Source of the DNA: Malacoraja senta
Lineage: Eukaryota
Reading direction: 5' to 3'
Assembly (NCBI GenBank): GCA_038087875.1
Contig: CM076000.1
Coordinates: 1,922,001 to 1,986,000 of the forward strand
DNA: 64,000 bases
Made by a program: the position numbers and the translations under genes. Below the pieces are notes generated by a model. It ran no database searches and had not been told where the DNA came from. It saw nothing but the letters and a program-made list of their open reading frames with translations. Positions within the stretch are counted from its first letter, which is position 1. Each line of letters begins with the position of its first letter. Below are positions 52,078 to 64,000 of this stretch, in pieces.

Positions 52078-53122
52078 CAGGCATGGAATTGCAGGCAGTG
52101 ACTAGTGGGGTACCGCAAGGCTCAGTGCTGGGACCCCAGCTATTTACAATATATATTAATGATTTGGACAAGGAAATTGAATTCAACATCTCCAAGTTTG
52201 CGGATGACACAAAGCTGGGGGACAGTGTTAGCTGTGAGGAGGATGCTAGGAGGCTGCAAGGTGACTTGGATAGGTTGGGTGAGTGGGCAAATGCATGGCA
52301 GATGCAGTATAATGTGGATAAATGTGAGGTTATCCACTTTGGTGGCAAGAACAGGAAAGTAGACTATTATCTGAATGGTGGCCGATTAGGAAAAGGGGAG
52401 ATGCAACGAGACCTGGGTGTCATGGTACACCAGTCATTGAAAGTAGGCATGCAGGTGCAGCAGGCAGTGAAGAAACGAATGGTATGTTGGCATTCATAGC
52501 AAAAGGATTTGAGTATAGGAGCAGGGAGGCTCTACTGCAGTTGTACAGTGCCTTGGTGAGACCACACCTGGAGTATTGTGTACAATTTTGGTCTCCTAAT
52601 CTGATGAAAGACATTCTTGCCATAGAGGGAGTACAGAGAAGGTTCACCAGACTGATTCCTGGGATGTCAGGACTTTCATATGAAGAAAGACTGGATAGAC
52701 TTGGCTTGTACTCGCTAGAATTTAGAAGATTGAGGGGGGATCTTATAGAAACTTACAAAATTCTTAAGGGGTTGGACAGGCTAGACGCAGGAAGATTGTT
52801 CCCGATGTTGGGGAAGTCCAGAACAAGGGGTCACAGTTTAATGATAAGGGGGAAATCTTTTAGGACTGAGATGAGAAAAACATTTTTCACACAGAGAGTG
52901 GTGAATCTCTGGAATTCTCCGCCACAGAAGGTAGTTGAGGCCAGTTCATTGGCTATATTTAAGAGTGAGTTAGATGTGGCCCTTGTGGCTAAAGGTATCA
53001 GAGGGTATGGAGAGAAGGCAGGTACAGGATACTGAGTTGGATGATCAGCCATGATCATATTGAATGGTGGTGCAGGCTCGAAGGGCCAAATGGCCTACTC
53101 CTGCACCTATTTTCCATGTTTC
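52078..53122 (+). mobile_element. CR1 LINE 3' part inserted in Rex1 copy A
   Basis: SGVPQGSVLGP, SKFADDTKL, RPHLEYCVQFW; tail TTTCCATGTTTCTATG; TATGA at both junctions. Confidence 0.93.
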
Positions 53123-54183
53123 TATGAGACGGATGTTCGGCAACTGCGGCAGGGCTTGAATGCCATCACCTCCTACAAGGCGAAATCAGGAGGCAGCTCA
53201 AACGACAGCGAAGCATCACTCCCTGATGAGCTCAATGCATTCTACGTACGGTTTGATAGGGAGAATACTGATGCTCATTCCCGAGCCCCCATTCGCCCTG
53301 ACGGTATTACATTCACCGTCACAGAGACCAACGTCAGAAGATCCTTCGGGGGGGTGAACCCTCGGAAAGCGCCTGGACGTGATGCTATACCTAGTTGAGT
53401 TCTCAAGACCTGTGCAGACCAACCTGCGGGAGATTTTGCGGACATTTTCAACCTCTCACTTCTGAGGTCTGAGGTTCCCACCTGCTTTAAGAGAGCATCA
53501 ATAATACCGGTGCTCAAGAAGAGTAAGGTGACGTGCCTCAATGACTATCGACCAGTGGCACTAACGTCTGTGGTGATGAAGTGTTTTGAGAGGTTGGTTA
53601 TGGTTCACATCAACTCCTACCTCGACAAGAACCTCGACCCACTACAGTTCGCATACCGCCACAACAGGTCAACGGAGATTGCAATTTCACTGGCTCTCCA
53701 CTCTGCATTGGACCATTTGGACAATAAAAACACTTGCATCAGGCTGTTGTTTATAGACTACAGCTCAGCGTTTAATACCATCATCCCTTCCAAGCTGGTT
53801 ACCCGAGCTCACGGAACTGGGTCTCTGCGCATCCGTCTGCAATTGGATCCTCGACTTCCTCATCCACAGACCACAGTCTGTACGAATTGGCGTAAACACT
53901 TCATCCTCAGTAACAATTAGTACGGGAGCACCTCAAGACTGTGTGCTCAGCCCCCTGCTTTACTCATTCTATACCCATGACTGCGTAGCCGGACATAGTG
54001 CGAACTCCATCATCAAGTTCGCCGATGACACCACTGTTGTTGGATGATTCACAGATGGGGATGAGTCAGAGTATAGAAGTGAGATCGACCGACTGACCAA
54101 ATGGTGCCAGCACAACAACCTGGCTCTCAATATCAGTAAGACCGAGGAACTGATTGTGGACTTTGGTAGGGGAAGGATGAGTA

Positions 54184-57040
54184 GACTAGAGGGGGGCAGA
54201 GGAACAACTCCAGGACAGTTTGCAGTCTGTAGACTGGGCAATGTTCAAGGACTCGGCAACGACTTGAACGAATACGCCACAGTCGTTACAGACTTCATTA
54301 AGAAATGTGTGGAGGACTGCATCCCTACAAAAACCTTCCGAGTGTTTCCCAATCAGAAACCTTGGATGAACTTTGAGATCTGCACTCTTCTGAAGACCAG
54401 ACACCGGGCATTCATGTCTGATGATACAGTGGTCTACAAGAAGTCCAGATACGACCTTGGTAAGGCCATCAAAAAGGCCAAAAGGGACTTCTGCTCCAAA
54501 CTGGAGGATGACAGATGTTCGGCAGCTGTGGCGGGGCCTGAATGCCATCACCTCCTACAAGGCGAAATCAGGAGGCAGCTCGAATGTTGGCGAAACATCA
54601 CTCCCTGATGAGGTCAAGGCGTTTTACGCACGCTTTGATAGGGAGAACACCAATGTGCCTTCCCGAGCTCCCATTCGCTGTAATGGTATTTCAGTCTCAG
54701 TCACAGAGGCCGACGTCAGGATATCCTTCAGAGGGGTGAACCCTCAAAAAGCGCCCGGACCCGATGGTATGCCTGGTCGTGTTCTAAAAACCTGTGCGGA
54801 CCAACTGGCTGGAGTTTTTACGGACATTTTCAACCTCTCACTTCGGAGGTCTGAGGTTCCCACCTGCTTCAAAAGGGCATCAATCATACCAGTGCCCAAG
54901 AAGAGCAAGGTGACGTGCCTCAATGACTATCGACCTGTGGCACTAACGCCTGTGGTGATGATGTGCTTTGAGAGGTTGATCATGGTGCAAATCAACTCCT
55001 ACCTCGACAAAAACCTGGACCCACTGCAGTTTGCTTACCGCCACAACAGATCAACGGTGGATGCGATCTCGCTGGCCCTCCACTCCGCTCTGGACCACTT
55101 GGACAACAAAAACTCATATGTCAGGCTGTTATTCATCGATTACAGCTCGGCATTTAATACAATCATCCCCTCCAAGCTGGTTACCAAACTCGCAGAACTG
55201 GGTATCTGCGCATCCCTCTGCAATTGGATCCTCTACTTCCTCATTCTCAGATCACAGTCTGTTCGTATTGGTGGAAATGTGTCAGACTCGATAACAATCA
55301 GCGTGGGAGCACCTCAAGGCTGCGTGCTCAGCCCCCTGCTGTACTCACTCTATACTCATGACTGCGTAGCCGGTCATAGTGCGAACAAAATCATCAAGTT
55401 CGCTGACGACACCACTGTTCTGGGACATATCACTGATGGGGATGAGTCAGAGTACACAAGAGCGATCGAGCAACTGTCCATATGGTGCCAGCACAATAAC
55501 CTGGCCCTCAACACCAGCAAAACCAAGGAACTGATTGTGGACTTTGGAAGGAGTAGGATGGGGACCCACAGTCCCGTTTATATCAATAGGTCGATGGTTG
55601 AAAGGGTCAATAGCTTTAAATTCCTGGGCATGCACATCTCTGAAGATCTTTCCTGGTCCGAGAACACTGATGCTACTATTAAGAAAGCACATCAGTGCCT
55701 CTACTTCCTGAGAAGATTACGGAGAGTCGGTTTGTCAAGGACTCTCTCTAACTTCTACAGGTGCACAGTAGAGAGCATGCTGACCGGTTGCATCGTGGCT
55801 TGGTTTGGCAACTTGAGCGCCCTGGAGAGGAAAAGACTACAAAGAGTAGTAAACACTGCCCAGTCCATCATCGGCTCTGACCTCCCTTCCATCGGTGGCC
55901 GATTAGGAAATGGGGAGATGCAGCGAGACCTAGGTGTCATGGTACACCAGTCATTGAAAGTAGGCATGCAGGTGCAGCAGGCAGTGAAGAAAGCGAATGG
56001 TATGTTAGCTTTCATAGCAAAAGGATTTGAGTATAGGAGCAGGGAGGTTCTACTGCAGTTGTACAGGGTCTTGGTGAGACCACACCTGGAGTATTGCGTA
56101 CAGTTTTGGACTCCAAATCTGAGGAAGGACATTATAGCCATAGAGGGAGTGCAGAGAAGGTTCACCAGACTGATTCCTGGGATGGCAGGACTTTCATATG
56201 AAGAAAGACTGGATAGACTTGGCTTATACTCGCTAGAATTTAGGAGGTTGAGAGGGGATCTTATAGAAACGTACAAAATTCTTATGGGGTTGGACAGGCT
56301 AGATGCAGGAAGATTGTTCCCGATGTTGGGGAAGTCCAGGACAAGGGGTCACAGCTTAAGGATAAGGGGGAAATCCTTTAAGACCGAGATGAGGAAAAAC
56401 TTTTTCACACAGAGAGTGGTGAATCTCTGGAACTCTCTGCCACAGAGGGTAGTTGAGGCCAGTTCATTGGCTATATTTAAGAGGGAGTTAGATGTGGCCC
56501 TTGTGGCTAAGGGGATCAGGGGGTATGGAGAAAAGGCAGGTACGGGATACCGAGTTGGATGATCAGCCATGATCATATTGAATGGCGGTGCAGGCTCGAA
56601 GGGCCGAATGGCCTACTCCTGCACCTATTTTCTATGTATCTATGTATCGAGGGGATCTATCGCAGTCGCTGCCTCAAAAAGGCTGACAGTACCATCAAGG
56701 ACCCACACCATCCTGGCCACACACTTATCTCCCTGCTACCTTCAGGTAGAAGATACAGGAACCTGAAGACTGCAACGACCAGGTTCAGGAATATCTACTT
56801 CCCCACAGCCATCAGGCTATTAAACTTGGCTCGGACAAAACTATGAACATTAATAGCCCATTATCTGTTATTTGCACTTTATCAATTTATTTATTCATGT
56901 GTGTATATATTTATATAATGATATATGGACACTCTGATCTGTTTTGTAGTCACTGCCTTCTATGTTCTGTTGTGCTGAAGCAAAGCAAGAATTTCATTGT
57001 CCTATGACACATGACAATAAACTCACTTGAACTTGAACTT
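54184..57040 (+). mobile_element. Rex1 LINE copy B nested inside copy A
   Basis: Restarts at sequence equivalent to ~51755; open RT frame; (CTTGAA)n tail. GTA at 54181-54183 and 57041-57043, and copy A resumes after it. Confidence 0.88.
55895..56645 (+). mobile_element. CR1 LINE 3' part inserted in Rex1 copy B
   Basis: RDLGV..RPHLEYCVQFW..RVVNLWNSLP; ATCG duplicated at 55891-55894 and 56646-56649. Confidence 0.93.
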
Positions 57041-58104
57041 GTACCCACAATCCTGTTCACAACAATGGGACGATGGTGGGGGAGGGTCAAAATCTTCAAA
57101 TTTCTGGGCGTGCATATTTCCGAAGATCTTTCCTGGACCCAGCACACCGATGCAATTATAAAGAAGCACATCAGTGACTCTACTTCCTGAGAAGATTACA
57201 GAGATTCGGCATGTCGAAGAGGTTTCTCCTAAACTTCTAAAGTTGCATGGTAGAGAGCATTCTGACTGGTTGCATCGTGGCCTGGTTCGGCAACTTGAAC
57301 TTCCAGGAGCGGAAAAGACTACAAAAGGTTGTGACCACTGCCCAGTCCGGCTTTGACCTCCCCACCTTCGAAGGGATCTATCGTAGTCACCGTCTCAAAA
57401 CGGCAGCCAAAATCATCAAAGACCCACACAATCCTGGCCACAGACTCATTTCACCTTTGCCATCAGGAAGAAGGTACAGGAGCCTGAAAACTGTAACGTC
57501 CAGGTTCAGGAACAGCTTCTTCCCTACAGTCATCAGGCTATTAAACACAACAACAAATAAGCTCTGAGCTCTGAACTGCAAAAGACTATATTATTATTGC
57601 ACTATATTTGTTATTTATTGATTTTTTTTTCTCTTTCCCCGTTATGTACTATATTTACATATTCACATATTCTGTTGTGCTGCAGCAAGTAAGAATTTCA
57701 TTGTCCCATCCGGGACATATGACAATAAAAACACTCTTGACTCTTGAGGGACGGAACGAGAGGGGATGCAAGGGTTATTGAAGTTAGAGAAATACCGCTG
57801 GGTTGTTAGCTGCCCAAGTGTATGGGCCTCTTAAACATTGTAATTGCATCTGATTCCACCACCTCCACTGGCAGCAGGTTCCAGATATCGACCAGTCACT
57901 GTGTCAAATAAAACTTTAAAACCTCTCTCAAACTCTTTGATGCCTCAAAGGGAAAAGTTTTTGACTATTCTGCCTATTAGGACTCTCATAATCTTATACA
58001 GTTCTATCAGGTCACCTCTCAACCTCCTTCACTCTTGGGAAAACAACCCAACCACTCTCTACCCTTGACTAAAGTTCTCCAATTCGGACAATATCCTAGT
58101 GAAT

Positions 58105-58412
58105 CTTTACTTTAGAGATACAGCATACAACAGAGGCCTTTCGGCCCACCAAGTCTGCGCCTACGAATGATCCCAACACAACTAGCGCCATCCTACACAC
58201 TAGGGACAATTTACAATCTTTACCCAAGCCAATTAACCTACAAAACCTGTACATCTTTGGAGAATGGGAGAATGGGAGAAAACTGTAGCACCTAGGGAAA
58301 ACGGACGTGGTCACAGGGAGAATGTACAAACTCCATACAGACAGCACCGTAGTCAGGGTTGAACCTGGGTGTCCAGCACTGTAGGGCAGCAACACTACTG
58401 CTGCGCCACTCT
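58105..58412 (-). mobile_element. tRNA-derived SINE
   Basis: Full-length match to the SINE family. Confidence 0.85.
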
Positions 58413-58879
58413 GCCTCCCCATCTCTGCACCTCACCAGCACAATGACATCCTTCTGGGTGTAGTCAGCAGAACCACACACAATACTGCAAGTGCAGCCGT
58501 ACCAATGTTTTGTAAAGTTCCAATATTAAAAAAATGACAAAACTAATAAATCTTCAAACTTGTTCTGTTATACACAAACATATTTCAAATAAGGCGACAG
58601 ATTTCAGAGATTTTGCAACAATGCATCATTCTGACAAAGCAACAAATGATTTCCTTGCCAGGTATGGCTTACATGCATGATGTTAGAAAAAAAATTCAAA
58701 TATCCTAAAAGAAAAACATGAGATTTTCTTTGTGTTATTAATATGTCAGGATTAATCCAAGATAACAGCATCAACGCATTCATCGTCAAAAACTGACAGC
58801 AGTTTCAACATTTTCATTTAATGGCAACTAAAAGGGGAACATTATGAAGAACAAAAATAGGTCCAACACCAATTGTAAG

Positions 58880-59095
58880 GGAGACACAAAATTTTGCAGT
58901 AACTCAGCAGGACAGGCAGCATCTCTGGAGAGAAGGAATGGGCGACAGTTTCGAGTCGGAACCCTTCTTCAGACTCCCAGAAGGGTCTCGACGTGAAACA
59001 TCACCCAGTCCTTCTCTCCAGAGATGCTGCCTGTCCTGCCGAGTTACTGCAGAATTTTGTCTAGCTTCGGCATAAACTAGCATCTGCTGTTCCAA
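58880..59095. repeat. Head-to-head inverted pair of Penelope terminal repeats
   Basis: CAGGACAGGCAGCATCTCTGGAGAGAAGGA / TCCTTCTCTCCAGAGATGCTGCCTGTCCTG arms. Confidence 0.8.
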
Positions 59096-59939
59096 CCCAA
59101 GCAATTGTAAGAGTATGGTTAATGTTTTGGCTTCAGATTCTTCTACCAGTTTCTTTAAAATGAATGTACAATTTATATTTTCTATTAAGAGATATCAAGG
59201 GCAAGCTTGTTATGATAGATGAATGTTAAGATTATTATTTTTATCTTTGTTGTAGGTCAGTGAGTTCAATGAAAAATGTGTTTAGAGTGTGGGTGTAGAA
59301 CGATTTATAGAAATAGTTGGAAAGTGTTGATTATCACCATATGTCTGCTGCTATCTCTCGCTCCATATGACGAGTAGCAGAACAAGGAATTTCATGAGAC
59401 TGAATTGAGGTTCTCTCTATTTTCAGCGAGTTAAGTATTGCAATAGCAATAGCAATGTCTAGAATTCAATGATAATAAAAGCACTGTGGAAAAGAAGTAT
59501 TTAACTTGTATGCCTAATTTCATGTGAATTTGTAACCGAGTTTCACCAAGACAGAATTAAAAAACTATCCAGTTAATAAAATATTTGTCTAAAAGTGTTT
59601 TCATTCTTAGGTTTATAGCAATTAATGACTGCTCAGCATTCGCTCTCTTAAGTCCCTGCATTCTTCTTTTGAATGACTGTCATTTTATTCAAAATTACTT
59701 GTTTGATCAATTTGCTCACACTTGTGGCAGAGAAATTCAGCAAATACCTCTGTTGTCAAAAGATGTCCAAAATGCCTTTACTTATAACAGCTTCAATACC
59801 AGCATAGCTGTGTTAATCTAGCACCCTTAAGACATTCCGGAATATTGGATGCTTGTCCTATTAATACACACTTATGGTTCACTTTCTTTCACCAAGATGT
59901 TGTACGATAATATTATATTTTTTCCCAAGGAGCTAAGCG

Positions 59940-60165
59940 AGTGTTGAAAGAGTGCAGGGAATGGGAGCGCAGGGGACCCAGTGCCTTGCTATGATAAATA
60001 GTGTGTGGGAACAGGAGCCCATTAAGTGTAACGGAAGTGCTGGAAATGGGAGCAGAGGGGAACAGGAGCCCTGCTGAGCATAAAGGGAGTGCAAGGATTG
60101 GGATCACAGGGGAAACAGGAGCCTTTACGAGTGTAAAGGGGGTGCAGGGCAATGGGAACCCAGCT
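59940..60165 (+). repeat. Degenerate ~52-bp tandem repeat, ~4 units
   Basis: Recurrent GGGAACAGGAGCC...AGTGT/CATAAAGGG.GTGC...ATGGGA. Confidence 0.65.
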
Positions 60166-61911
60166 AAGTAACAAAAGCGTTTTAAAAAAGAACCTTGCAG
60201 TCCAAATGCCGAATCAATAGGATTTCCAAACATTTGCTAACCAGTTAACAGTTTACTGTAATGACTTGGGTAGTGCAGATTTCCCTTCCCAAATTGTTTT
60301 ATTTATATATTTTTTTTAAATAGCATTTGAATGACTAGGTATTGCAAAAACATTGATTAACAGTATTGGTCTTTAATCAACAGAACATATTCCAAAGTAT
60401 GCTAATTTTTTTAAAGAAAATGTAAGGACAAAAGTGCCCACGTTTGAATACTAAGTTTGCGAAGGTTATCCACCCATCCCTTACCAGGCCTTGCTCCACT
60501 CAACTTCTCTTTTCCAGTTTTCTTCCCCCCCCCCCATTCCATTATCTGAAGAAGGCTCCTGCCCAAAAACATTGTCTGTTCATTCCCTCCACAGATTTTA
60601 CCTGATCACTGAGTTCCTCCAGCACTGTCTTTTGCTAAAATGTTATTTTATAATTTTTTAATTGTAGGTTGAAATGCAAATGAACTGCATTCATGTCAGA
60701 ATTCTATGTACACCTAAATCAAAGATTTAAATGCAGTCTTCAAAATAACGTGCATAAAAGACATACTGTCAGACCACTAATCGGGAAATGTACCCGACCA
60801 CATTACTTGAGATAATGCAGTTCTCTTATGATTTTAATTTCTGATTTTATTTTCACTGTACACTTACTTTTATGGTCATCAGTTTCAAATTTGCAAAAGC
60901 AGTTGATTAAAAGATAGATTTTATTGTTAACAACTCGTCTTTATTAAGCAACTCACAACATATGCTTCTGTGCATTAACATTCTTACAAAATCATGGTAA
61001 AGGTTAAATTAATAATAATTCACTGAGCAGTACAGTGAAAGTTCCCAACAGCTTGTTTATTTCTCAGCTATCAAAGCTCAGTGATCCCATCATCACTCCC
61101 GTTTTGAGTCTGCACATATCTTTGTTCAGTTTATATTTGGCACATGCATTACTTGGCTCAGCTCTGTCTGAAATCGTGATACCATGGTATCCTTTATATT
61201 TTGCATGGCTTGCAAAAGCAATTTCTTCCTTTACACAAATTAACCCAGATTAGTAAAATCCACTTCTGAGCTTGATTCAGTTGACTTAAAAATATGGCGC
61301 AACACTAAATCACAGATCACCAAATTAGCAGGAATATAATTAGATACTCTTTCTTATTAGTGTTCCATACTGAAGGCTTTCATGATAAACAATTCAAATC
61401 AATTTAAAGTTAAGGAATTATTTGCAGTAATCATACAATAATGCAGCAGAAATGAATACTGGTGTAGAAAGGCAAATGTGCCAAGAATAAAGATGGTTTG
61501 TACTTTAAAGAGTTGAGGTATTCTGGTGTATCTGAACTACAGGGAAATGAACATACTGACACAGCGATTAAACAGTTAATGCTGTTGCCTCAGAGTGTCA
61601 GGGACCTGATTCAATCTTGGATTTGGGTGTTCTCTGCACAGAGTCTGAATGGTTTCTCTGAGACCCCAAGGGTTTCTTCCAGTTGATAGAGACATGTCAC
61701 AGAGAATACATTGCAGGGGTACAGGGGAAATAGGATTGCTCCCCAGGAACAATATGGACTCAAGTCAGTCATGAGGCATCCTCTGTGTTATTTTTTAACA
61801 AGACAACAACAATGAAGAAAACTGCTCAGATACATCCTGTATTCTGAAACCTAGTGGGCCTGTCCCACTTAGGCGACTTTTTAGGTGACTGCAGGAGACT
61901 ATGCAGGGCTC

Positions 61912-62111
61912 NNNNNNNNNNNNNNNNNNNNNNNNNNNNNNNNNNNNNNNNNNNNNNNNNNNNNNNNNNNNNNNNNNNNNNNNNNNNNNNNNNNNNNNNN
62001 NNNNNNNNNNNNNNNNNNNNNNNNNNNNNNNNNNNNNNNNNNNNNNNNNNNNNNNNNNNNNNNNNNNNNNNNNNNNNNNNNNNNNNNNNNNNNNNNNNNN
62101 NNNNNNNNNNN
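61912..62111. other. Assembly gap (200 N)
   Basis: Run of n. Confidence 1.
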
Positions 62112-62650
62112 CCATCCATCCTCCACTTCTCCATCCATCCATCCTGTACTAATCCACGCATTCATGCCATACTGACCCACCCTCCATTTACCCTGCACCT
62201 TCCCCCTTCCCTCATTCATCCTGTAGTGATCCCCCATTCATCCTGCACAGACCTTCCGATCCACACTGTACTGATCCCCCCCATTCATCCTGCGCTGATC
62301 TCCCCCCCATCCATCCTGTACTGATCCTCCCATTCAAGAAGAATGGGGGGGGAACAGTCTGAAGAAGGGTCTCGACCCGAAACATTGCCCATTTCATTTG
62401 CTCCATAAATGCTGCCTCACCCGCTGAGTTTCTCCAGCACTTTTGTCTACCCCCATCCATCCCGTACTGAACCCCCCCCCCCCATTCAACACCACTGACA
62501 TCCCTGGTGCTCTCCCCTCACAATTTTACCTACTCCAACCAACACGTACTAATTAACCTGCCTCAATCCATCCATTCTGCACTGATTGCCTTCTAACCCC
62601 ACCCCCGCCATCTATCCACCCCGCACTGATTCACACACACCCCTCCCTGA
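62112..62650 (+). repeat. Degenerate C-rich minisatellite (CCATCCATCCTGTACTGATCCCC-like) with a Penelope-end repeat at ~62355-62450
   Basis: Repeated unit visible directly after the gap. Confidence 0.75.
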
Positions 62651-64000
62651 CCCTATTGTGCTGGAAATGTCTTCAGAGCGAACTTTGACTATGTTTGATA
62701 ACGGAATGCAATCAAATGTGTTTTAATTCCCAATGTTATTATTTGTTTTAATACATAAAGATGGATTAATTAAATTGTGAACACGTGAAACATTAAAACC
62801 GCAGTGCTCGATTGTCACTGCTGCCGTTGACACGTTATTACAGAATTCATTTTAACGGCAAATCAATGCTCTTAATATGGAGTATCAGTATTGTAGTTAT
62901 TTAATGAGCAACATTCACAACTATACGTAAGCATATATGTTACCATGGTCCAGGATTTATTGACACAGGTTGATCATACGCTGATTAATACCACATTGTT
63001 GTTTGGAAGTGGAAAAGAACTAATAGAAATTGCATTAATTGCCAACGTGGTAAAAAGAGTTGAGATACTGTCTTATAATTTTGCTGCATGTCATTGTGGG
63101 ATATATCATGTCTTGATTGGTGAATATGTTTAGTTTGTGACTTTATTTGAAGCAGAAATAATATGTGAATGCTTCACTGAGTATAATTTCGACTGGTAAC
63201 TATGCACTTCGTCCGAGCACATTATTGCATGCGTCATGCAAGCCATCTTAATGACCACCTAAACTGTCGTTTGGCAATCTAAAAAGTTGCCAAGGTTGCC
63301 CGGCTGGCAACAGGGAAAAAAAGTTAAGCGAGAGCCCTATGCATTCGCCACATGCTCGTAGGTGGTTGCTGGGTAGTCGCCTTCATGGTTGTGAGTAGGT
63401 TCAGCATTCTGGGAACTAGTCGCGGCCTCATTGTGGTCACCGCAAATTTTTCAATATGTTGAAAAATTAGCAGTGACCAGAATGAAGCCGCCATGGAGAG
63501 TAGCGAGAATTCTCTTGCAGTGGTAGTAGGTTGCCAGGAGGTCAAAGGTTGTTGTAGGTGCTTGTAGGTTGTAGCTGGTGCTGACTGGTGAATTTCATTG
63601 GCACATTGGGAAAAAAACGTAAGCAGCAGTTTTCAGAACCAAGGATAACCGACCAGTAATGTTAATGTCCGCCGAGCTTCACAGCCATGTATCTCTGACT
63701 TCTTAAAACTTGTCTCCACTCCTTCTCCCCCCCTCCTTTAAAGGACTTGCGTGGCCCTTCTCGTAGACTGTGCTTTCACAGTCATAATTACAGCGCCAAC
63801 CTTCCCGTTCATCGCGGTGTGTGTTTGAATCACATTGGCTTTGCACCGTGTGAATTTCCCAAATACCATCCCACCAGCTTACTCTCATTCACGGGCAAAA
63901 AAAAACCCAGTTGGAATTATCAACTGTGAATTATCAATTATCATAGAGTCATACAGCATGGAAACAGGTCCTTTGGCCAAATTTGCCCATGCTGACCAAG

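Larger units (their letters stand above)
50824..57747 (+). mobile_element. Rex1/Babar LINE copy A (APE and RT, degenerate): segments 50824-52077, 53123-54183, 57041-57747
   Basis: APE motifs CFTETW, DFN, KSDH; RT motifs [23 protein letters not shown]; (CTCTTGA)n tail. Confidence 0.88.
61856..63915. mobile_element. Nested non-autonomous DNA elements spanning the gap (CAGGGCTC..GAGCCCT element inside a GGGCCTGTCCCACTT-type element)
   Basis: CAGGGCTC at 61904-61911 and GAGCCCT at 63332-63338. Host sequence ...CTATGCA... resumes at ~63337. Internal palindrome at ~63435-63478. Confidence 0.5.

Noticed and set aside
61795..62324. ORFs spanning the N-run
   Set aside because: Artefacts of the assembly gap.

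Overview
This is a eukaryotic, transposon-dense vertebrate window. The SINE/CR1/Rex1/Penelope repeat mix suggests a cartilaginous fish, probably a skate or ray (inference). I can recognise no host protein-coding gene; every long ORF is transposon-derived. Main contents: (1) a near-identical ~5.8-kb tandem duplication at the left end whose breakpoint lies inside a decayed DIRS element; (2) a tRNA-SINE split by three nested insertions (L1 3' end, TA-flanked MITE, hAT-type element); (3) a CpG-island promoter at ~9.15-9.72 kb with splice donors on both strands; (4) a small Gypsy LTR element with a tRNA-Leu PBS whose internal pol fragment is inverted relative to its LTRs; (5) a Helitron carrying a young Rex1 LINE; (6) Tc1 copies and a Penelope element interrupted by Tc1 (+L1) and CR1; (7) a Penelope>Rex1>Rex1>CR1 nest that creates a 713-aa in-frame Rex1/CR1 chimeric ORF; (8) many Penelope-end repeats with a minimal hammerhead-ribozyme-like core; (9) candidate non-coding exons on the minus strand; (10) a 200-N gap. 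All coordinates were read by eye; edges of old repeats are approximate.
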